NCBI GenBank assembly: GCA_964596415.1
Contig: CAZQSX010000001.1
Coordinates: forward strand, 37,508-101,507
Direction of reading: 5' to 3'
Source: an uncultured Gammaproteobacteria bacterium
GTDB lineage: Bacteria; Patescibacteriota; Microgenomatia; Levybacterales; GWA1-39-11
DNA length: 64,000 bases
Positions 59,082 to 64,000 of the stretch are shown in pieces. Under the pieces are notes generated by a model. The model saw only the letters and a list, made by a program, of their open reading frames with translations. It did no database searches and had not been told where the DNA came from. Position 1 is the first letter of the stretch; each line of letters begins with the position of its first letter. The position numbers and the translations under genes are program-made.

Positions 59082-59954
59082 ATGAAAAAGGATTTTTATG
59101 AAATTTTAGGTGTAGCAAAAACCGCAACTGCGGACGAGTTAAAACGTGCCTATAGAAAGCTTGCTCTTGAGTATCACCCTGATAAAAATAAAGGAAAAGA
59201 TACAGAGGAGAAATTCAAAGAAATAAACCAAGCCTACGAGGTTTTATCAGATCCTCAGAAACGTGCAACGTATGATCAGGTTGGACGTGCAGGATTTGAT
59301 GCAGGGGCGGGAGCTGGTGGTGGGCCTTTTGGTGGATTTGGCGGACAGCAAGGTGGCGGATTTGGACCATTCACCTACTCTTATTCTACCGGTGGAGGGG
59401 CTCAGGGTTTTGATTTTGGTGGCGGTGCTGACCCTTTTGAAATATTTGAGCAATTTTTTGGTGGCGGATTTGGAAGGAGAAAGCCACGATATAGTATTTC
59501 AATAGATTTTTTAGAGGCAGTAAAAGGTGTGACAAAAAAAGTCAGTATAGATGGGAAAGCGCAGAATATTAAAATTCCAGCAGGGGTTGATAATGGTTCA
59601 CGAATTCAATTTCCAGATTATGATGTAGTGGTACAAGTAAAGGGAGATAAAAATTTTCACAGAGAAGGGTATGATATATTAACAGAAAAGCAAATTTCAA
59701 TTGCACAAGCAATTTTGGGGGATGAAGTAGATGTTGAAACTGTTCATGGGTCTGTAAAATTAAAAATTCCAGAAGGCACGCAATCAAATATTCTTATTAG
59801 AATTAAAGGAAAAGGAGTGCCTCATGTAAGGGGGAGAGGGTTTGGTGACCACTTTGTGAGAGTGAAAGTAGAAATTCCCGGGAAAGTAAGTAATAGACAA
59901 AAAGAATTGATACAAGAATTTGAAGAAGAAGGAAAGAAAAAAGGTTGGTTTTAG
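59082..59954 (+). CDS. dnaJ: DnaJ-family co-chaperone lacking the zinc-finger domain (CbpA/type II-like)
   Basis: J domain [35 protein letters not shown], a G/F-rich region, and a C-terminal substrate-binding beta domain. No CxxCxGxG repeats. Confidence 0.8.
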   Translation: MKKDFYEILGVAKTATADELKRAYRKLALEYHPDKNKGKDTEEKFKEINQAYEVLSDPQKRATYDQVGRAGFDAGAGAGGGPFGGFGGQQGGGFGPFTYSYSTGGGAQGFDFGGGADPFEIFEQFFGGGFGRRKPRYSISIDFLEAVKGVTKKVSIDGKAQNIKIPAGVDNGSRIQFPDYDVVVQVKGDKNFHREGYDILTEKQISIAQAILGDEVDVETVHGSVKLKIPEGTQSNILIRIKGKGVPHVRGRGFGDHFVRVKVEIPGKVSNRQKELIQEFEEEGKKKGWF

Positions 59955-60012
59955 TTTTTTCGTCCACATCAATCCTTGATTTGTAAGCTCATCCACTCTA
60001 AACTAATACCAT

Positions 60013-60342
60013 ATGGGGATTCTGCTCTATCCTATTGCTGTGGTTCTGTTTTGGTACAAAGATGGTGCTTTCGCGCTTTTATTATATTTTCGTTCTTTGA
60101 ACGATTATTGCATTAGGCTTTTTTCCCTCCCAGGTTTATTTGTAACTTTTTTTAGACCTCTTAAGAATGAATATAGAAAAAATTTAGTAGTATTCTCTAT
60201 TTTATTCGGAATGATTGTTAAGACATTTTTAGTTATTGCTTCTCTTGGAGTACTTGCGGCGCTTTTTGCGTTAGAGGTTTTAATTTTTGTTTCCTATATA
60301 CTTTTTCCTATTTTACCGATTTTAGTTTTATTCTATGTCTAG
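60013..60342 (+). CDS. small membrane protein (109 aa, ~4 TM); possible N-terminal module of the downstream Hsp100-like gene (8-nt overlap, +1 frame)
   Basis: Hydrophobic ORF whose stop overlaps the start of 60335..62731. Confidence 0.45.
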   Translation: MGILLYPIAVVLFWYKDGAFALLLYFRSLNDYCIRLFSLPGLFVTFFRPLKNEYRKNLVVFSILFGMIVKTFLVIASLGVLAALFALEVLIFVSYILFPILPILVLFYV

Positions 60343-62731
60343 ATATTTATTTTTATACTATCAGATTAACAACACGCTTCTTGCGCGAGTGATTCGCTTA
60401 TTTTTCTTAGTGGGTGGGTTTATTGGAGTATTTTTTATAAGCACAAATACAGAAGTTTTTAAAATTGTGCTAATCTTCTACTCTTATTTTATTCTTCATG
60501 AAATTTTTATTCACTTTCATGTAGATAAAGCATTTCCGTATATAAAAGTCATTGATAATCCGCAGCAGATTTTAGATACAGTTCTTTTTAAAACAAGAAA
60601 AAAATATGTATCTGGAAAAGATGGACTGAAAGTTATTCAAAAAATTATGCATGATAAGGATGTTGAATTTATGATACAAAAAATAGGCGGTTTTAAGATA
60701 GATAATTTTTCTATTCCAAAAGATGAAATCTTAAAGAAAGCATTCGAATTAGTTTTAGAGATAAAAGGTGCTTATATTACTTCTGCAGATATGTTTACCG
60801 CTTATCTTTTACTTACTGAACTTCAGACGAAAATATTGCAAGAAAAAGAGTTGACGGAAAAAGATTTACTGGAAATATTAATATGGACACGTCAAGAATT
60901 TCATCTTGAACAGCCCAGAAAACAGGTTTTGCATTTTACCGGGTATGGGGTTTTTGATTTCTTTATCTACGGTTGGGATACATATATAAAGGAGTTTGCA
61001 TATGACATTACGTATTCTGTCTTAGGTAAGAAAGCATACCCAATTGTTGGTCGAGAAAAAGAATTTAATGAACTGACTGAAATCCTTTCAAAATCAACAG
61101 TAAATAACGCATTACTGGTGGGTGAGACGGGTGTTGGAAAAACATCACTTGTTTATAGGCTCGCTCTTGAATCATATCGTGATCCACGTTTTATTTTGGG
61201 ACATCGAAAAGTATATGAGGTAATGGTAGATAGATTACTTTCTGGTGTAAATTCATCAAGCGATTTAGAATCTCGGCTTGGATTGTTATTCGCTGAGGTT
61301 AATCATTCTGGAAATATTATTTTGTTTTTTCAAAATATTGAAAATATTTTTGGTGGAGGAGGTTTTGGGTTTGACATGTCTGGAATTCTATTTGAGTATT
61401 TAAAAAACGGAAGCATTCAAATTATCGGAAGTACTACGCCTGGATCCTACAAGGAAATTATAGAAAAAAAACAAAGCATTTTGCATTTATTTGAAAGAGT
61501 TTCTATTCAAGAACCAGAAAGAGAGCAAGTGTTTGAGATGATTGCGTCACATATTCCGGTAATAGAACACGAGTATGGAGTTTCTATTTCATACAAAGCA
61601 ATTCACGATGCTACAGAACTTGCATCTTCATATTTTCCAGATCAGGTATTGCCAGGAAAGGCGATAAACCTATTAACAGATGTTGCGGCAAAAGTAAGAC
61701 ATAGTGGTGGAAAAACTGTTGATAAAGATGATGTGGTAGCGGTAGTTCAGGAAAAAACAAATATTGTATTAGAGAAGCCATCAGATGAGGAGAAGGATAC
61801 ACTGCTTCATTTAGAGGAGCAAATGCATAAGCGTGTTATCGGACAAGAAGATGCGATAACAGCAGTTGCCAAAGCGATTCGACGACTCAGGTCTGGTTTC
61901 ACACAGCATACACGTCCTATTTCTGTATTTCTCTTTTTAGGTCCAACTGGAGTTGGAAAAACAGAAACTGCAAAGACGCTTGCCGATCTTTATTTTGGAG
62001 ATGAAGCTCATATGATTCGACTTGATATGTCTGAATACCAAACCCAGAATGAGGTAGAAAGGTTATTGGGAGGTTTGCCTGGGGGTGAAGAAATTTCTGG
62101 TTCACTACCTGATCAGGTTCATGAACATCCCTTCTCTTTGATTTTACTTGATGAATTTGAGAAGGCACATCCGCATATATTAGACATATTCTTACAAGTT
62201 TTTGAAGATGGAAGACTTACTGATAATCAAGGGAAAACTGTTTCATTTAAAAATACTATTATTATTGCTACTTCAAATGCAGGATCTGAAACAATTCGCG
62301 AGATGGTTGGAGGAGGGATGGATATAAGCACTGAGAAGAATAAAATTATAGATGGGCTGCTACAATCTGGAATTTTTAAACCAGAACTTTTAAATCGTTT
62401 TGACGATGTAATAATTTTTCAGCCGTTAACAGTAGAGGATGCAAAGCAAATTGCTGAATTATTAATAAAAACTTCTCTTCAGGCATTAGAAAGTGACCAG
62501 ATATATCTTACGTTTGATGAAAAAGTGATAAATAAGGTAGTTACTGAATCATTTGATGTGGAGGCAGGAGCTCGGAATATGAGAAGGTATATTGGAGCAG
62601 AGATTGAAGATTTCATTTCTCAGCTTATCTTAAAAGACCAGCTTCCTGCAGGGGTGCACGCGATGCTTTCAACTGATGATAACAATAAATTTATTTTAAT
62701 AAATGAAAAAGAGGTTGTAGCAGAAGCATAA
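60335..62731 (+). CDS. membrane-anchored Hsp100/Clp-family double-AAA+ ATPase paralog with degenerate D1 Walker B
   Basis: Two N-terminal TM helices. D1 Walker A GETGVGKTS is intact, but Walker B reads IILFFQNIENIF (the canonical h-h-h-h-D-E is replaced by Q-N). D2 Walker [13 protein letters not shown], Walker B LILLDEFEKAHPHI, and sensor-1 ATSNAGS are intact. Confidence 0.8.
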   Translation: MSRYLFLYYQINNTLLARVIRLFFLVGGFIGVFFISTNTEVFKIVLIFYSYFILHEIFIHFHVDKAFPYIKVIDNPQQILDTVLFKTRKKYVSGKDGLKVIQKIMHDKDVEFMIQKIGGFKIDNFSIPKDEILKKAFELVLEIKGAYITSADMFTAYLLLTELQTKILQEKELTEKDLLEILIWTRQEFHLEQPRKQVLHFTGYGVFDFFIYGWDTYIKEFAYDITYSVLGKKAYPIVGREKEFNELTEILSKSTVNNALLVGETGVGKTSLVYRLALESYRDPRFILGHRKVYEVMVDRLLSGVNSSSDLESRLGLLFAEVNHSGNIILFFQNIENIFGGGGFGFDMSGILFEYLKNGSIQIIGSTTPGSYKEIIEKKQSILHLFERVSIQEPEREQVFEMIASHIPVIEHEYGVSISYKAIHDATELASSYFPDQVLPGKAINLLTDVAAKVRHSGGKTVDKDDVVAVVQEKTNIVLEKPSDEEKDTLLHLEEQMHKRVIGQEDAITAVAKAIRRLRSGFTQHTRPISVFLFLGPTGVGKTETAKTLADLYFGDEAHMIRLDMSEYQTQNEVERLLGGLPGGEEISGSLPDQVHEHPFSLILLDEFEKAHPHILDIFLQVFEDGRLTDNQGKTVSFKNTIIIATSNAGSETIREMVGGGMDISTEKNKIIDGLLQSGIFKPELLNRFDDVIIFQPLTVEDAKQIAELLIKTSLQALESDQIYLTFDEKVINKVVTESFDVEAGARNMRRYIGAEIEDFISQLILKDQLPAGVHAMLSTDDNNKFILINEKEVVAEA

Positions 62732-62780
62732 ATATTTTTGTATGATAAGAAGTGTGTAAAGTATTTTAGTATTTAAGATT

Positions 62781-63794
62781 ATGAAAATTGCATGTTTTGA
62801 AGTTGAAAAGTGGGAAGAGGATTATTTAAAAGAAGGTTTACCCCAAGACGTAACGCTTCTTTCCTTTGATCATCCTATAAAAAAAGAAAACATTGAGGAA
62901 ATAAAAGACGTGGAAGGACTTATTGTGTTTATTTACTCCGGCATAACAAAGGACATAATTGATTTACTTCCAAATCTTAAGTTTATCGCTACGATGTCAA
63001 CAGGTTTTGATCATATTGATTTGGAGGCATGTAAGAGTAGAAATATTATTGTATCTAATGTTTCAGGATATGGGGAAACTACAGTAGCTGAGCATACATT
63101 TGCGTTACTACTTGCAATTTCAAGAAGAATTATTGAATCATATGAACGAGTGAGGGAGGGATATTTTTCCCCAGAAGATTTAACAGGATTTGATCTTTAT
63201 GGAAAAACACTTGGAGTTGTCGGGATTGGTAGCATCGGAAAACATGTTATTAAAATAGCAAAAGGATTTGGAATGAATGTGATTGGGTATAAGCGCTCAC
63301 CAGATCCAGAGCTTGAAAAGGAATTGGGATTTAAAATTGTTGACATGGATACGCTTTTGAAAACTTCAGATGTAATTTCATTACATGTTCCATATAATCC
63401 TGAGACGCATCACATTATTAACGTAGAAGCTTTTGAAAAAATGAAGCAAGGAGTAGTAATACTTAATACCGCACGTGGTCCACTTATTGATACGAGTGCT
63501 TTATTAAAATATGTTGAAAATGGGAAGGTCGGTGGTGTGGGCCTAGACGTATGTGAAAATGAGCCACTTCTTCGAGAGGAAAAACAAATTCTATCAAAAG
63601 AATTCAACAAGGAAGATTTGCTTTGTTTACTTGAAGAAAAAATGCTGATACTTCATAAAAATGTTATTCTTACACCGCATAATGCTTTTAATAGTCATGA
63701 GGCTTTGACTAAAATTCTTAAAACAACGGTTGAAAATGTACGTGGTTTTATTGGAAATATTCCCCTGAATGTTGTTAGTCAACAAGCGAGTTAA
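62781..63794 (+). CDS. D-isomer-specific 2-hydroxyacid dehydrogenase (D-lactate/glycerate/phosphoglycerate dehydrogenase family)
   Basis: NAD-binding GVVGIGSIGKHVIKIAKGFGMNVIGYKR. Catalytic Arg/Glu/His pattern (ARGPLID ... LDVCENEP ... TPHNA). Confidence 0.85.
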   Translation: MKIACFEVEKWEEDYLKEGLPQDVTLLSFDHPIKKENIEEIKDVEGLIVFIYSGITKDIIDLLPNLKFIATMSTGFDHIDLEACKSRNIIVSNVSGYGETTVAEHTFALLLAISRRIIESYERVREGYFSPEDLTGFDLYGKTLGVVGIGSIGKHVIKIAKGFGMNVIGYKRSPDPELEKELGFKIVDMDTLLKTSDVISLHVPYNPETHHIINVEAFEKMKQGVVILNTARGPLIDTSALLKYVENGKVGGVGLDVCENEPLLREEKQILSKEFNKEDLLCLLEEKMLILHKNVILTPHNAFNSHEALTKILKTTVENVRGFIGNIPLNVVSQQAS

Positions 63795-64000
63795 GAAAAG
63801 AGCTCACAAGTGAGAGTACTATTGCAAAAAGAAGTGCCCACCAAAAATTGTCTACGATAAAACCTGGAATAACAGCTGATGCTAGAAGAATAAGTAATGC
63901 GTTGATAACAAGAGCAAAAAGTCCAAAGGTGAGAATTGTAATTGGTAAAGTAAGAAGAAGTAAGATGGGTTTAATAAACGTGTTTAGTACGCCAAGCACA
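63775..64000 (-). CDS. YvlD/holin_4_2-family small membrane protein, 5'-truncated by the window edge
   Basis: FIKPILLLLTLPITILTFGLFALVINALLILLASAVIPGFIVDNFWWALLFAIVLSLVSSFLN closely matches the recalled B. subtilis YvlD core. That core sits mid-protein, so the N-terminus lies beyond position 64000. Confidence 0.55.
   Translation of the reverse strand, partial: VLGVLNTFIKPILLLLTLPITILTFGLFALVINALLILLASAVIPGFIVDNFWWALLFAIVLSLVSSFLNSLVD

Overview
AT-rich, gene-dense bacterial segment (about one-third G+C by eye). It uses the standard genetic code: long intact ORFs, and TGA serves as a stop, for example at the sodN/sodX ATGA overlap. Gene content and style point to a small-genome, Gram-positive-type-envelope organism, plausibly Patescibacteria/CPR-like. 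The evidence is FemAB, LCP, MurJ, two LPxTG-type surface proteins, pilN/pilO, a T4SS-pilin-like small protein, many GT-C membrane glycosyltransferases and ribosomal protein S20 with a Lys-rich tail. That assignment is inference only.

The window holds about 65 CDS and two tandem tRNA-Ser genes with duplicated promoter/5'-tRNA fragments. Identifiable content falls into five groups:
- A Ni-superoxide-dismutase operon (sodN-sodX-methyltransferase-Zn-ribbon).
- A heat-shock set (groES-groEL, hsp20, hrcA-grpE-dnaK, dnaJ), each preceded by a variant CIRCE operator (TTAGCA-N15-TGCTAA).
- A de novo pyrimidine cluster (pyrB-carA-carB-pyrC, pyrE, pyrD-like).
- Two envelope-glycan loci: three consecutive GT-C-like membrane proteins plus an FAD oxidoreductase, and a GT2 (QxxRW) / GT-C / WecA-MraY-like / UbiA-like prenyl-phosphate phosphoribosyltransferase run.
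- A proteostasis-like island on the + strand: a TrbC/VirB2-like pilin, a VirB6-like polytopic protein, a ClpC-like Hsp100 with Q/P-rich tails, an S8 subtilase, a DnaJ-like protein, and a second membrane-anchored Hsp100 whose first Walker B is degenerate.

No CRISPR array, rRNA or obvious transposase was seen. All functional calls are from motif recognition by eye; no searches were run.
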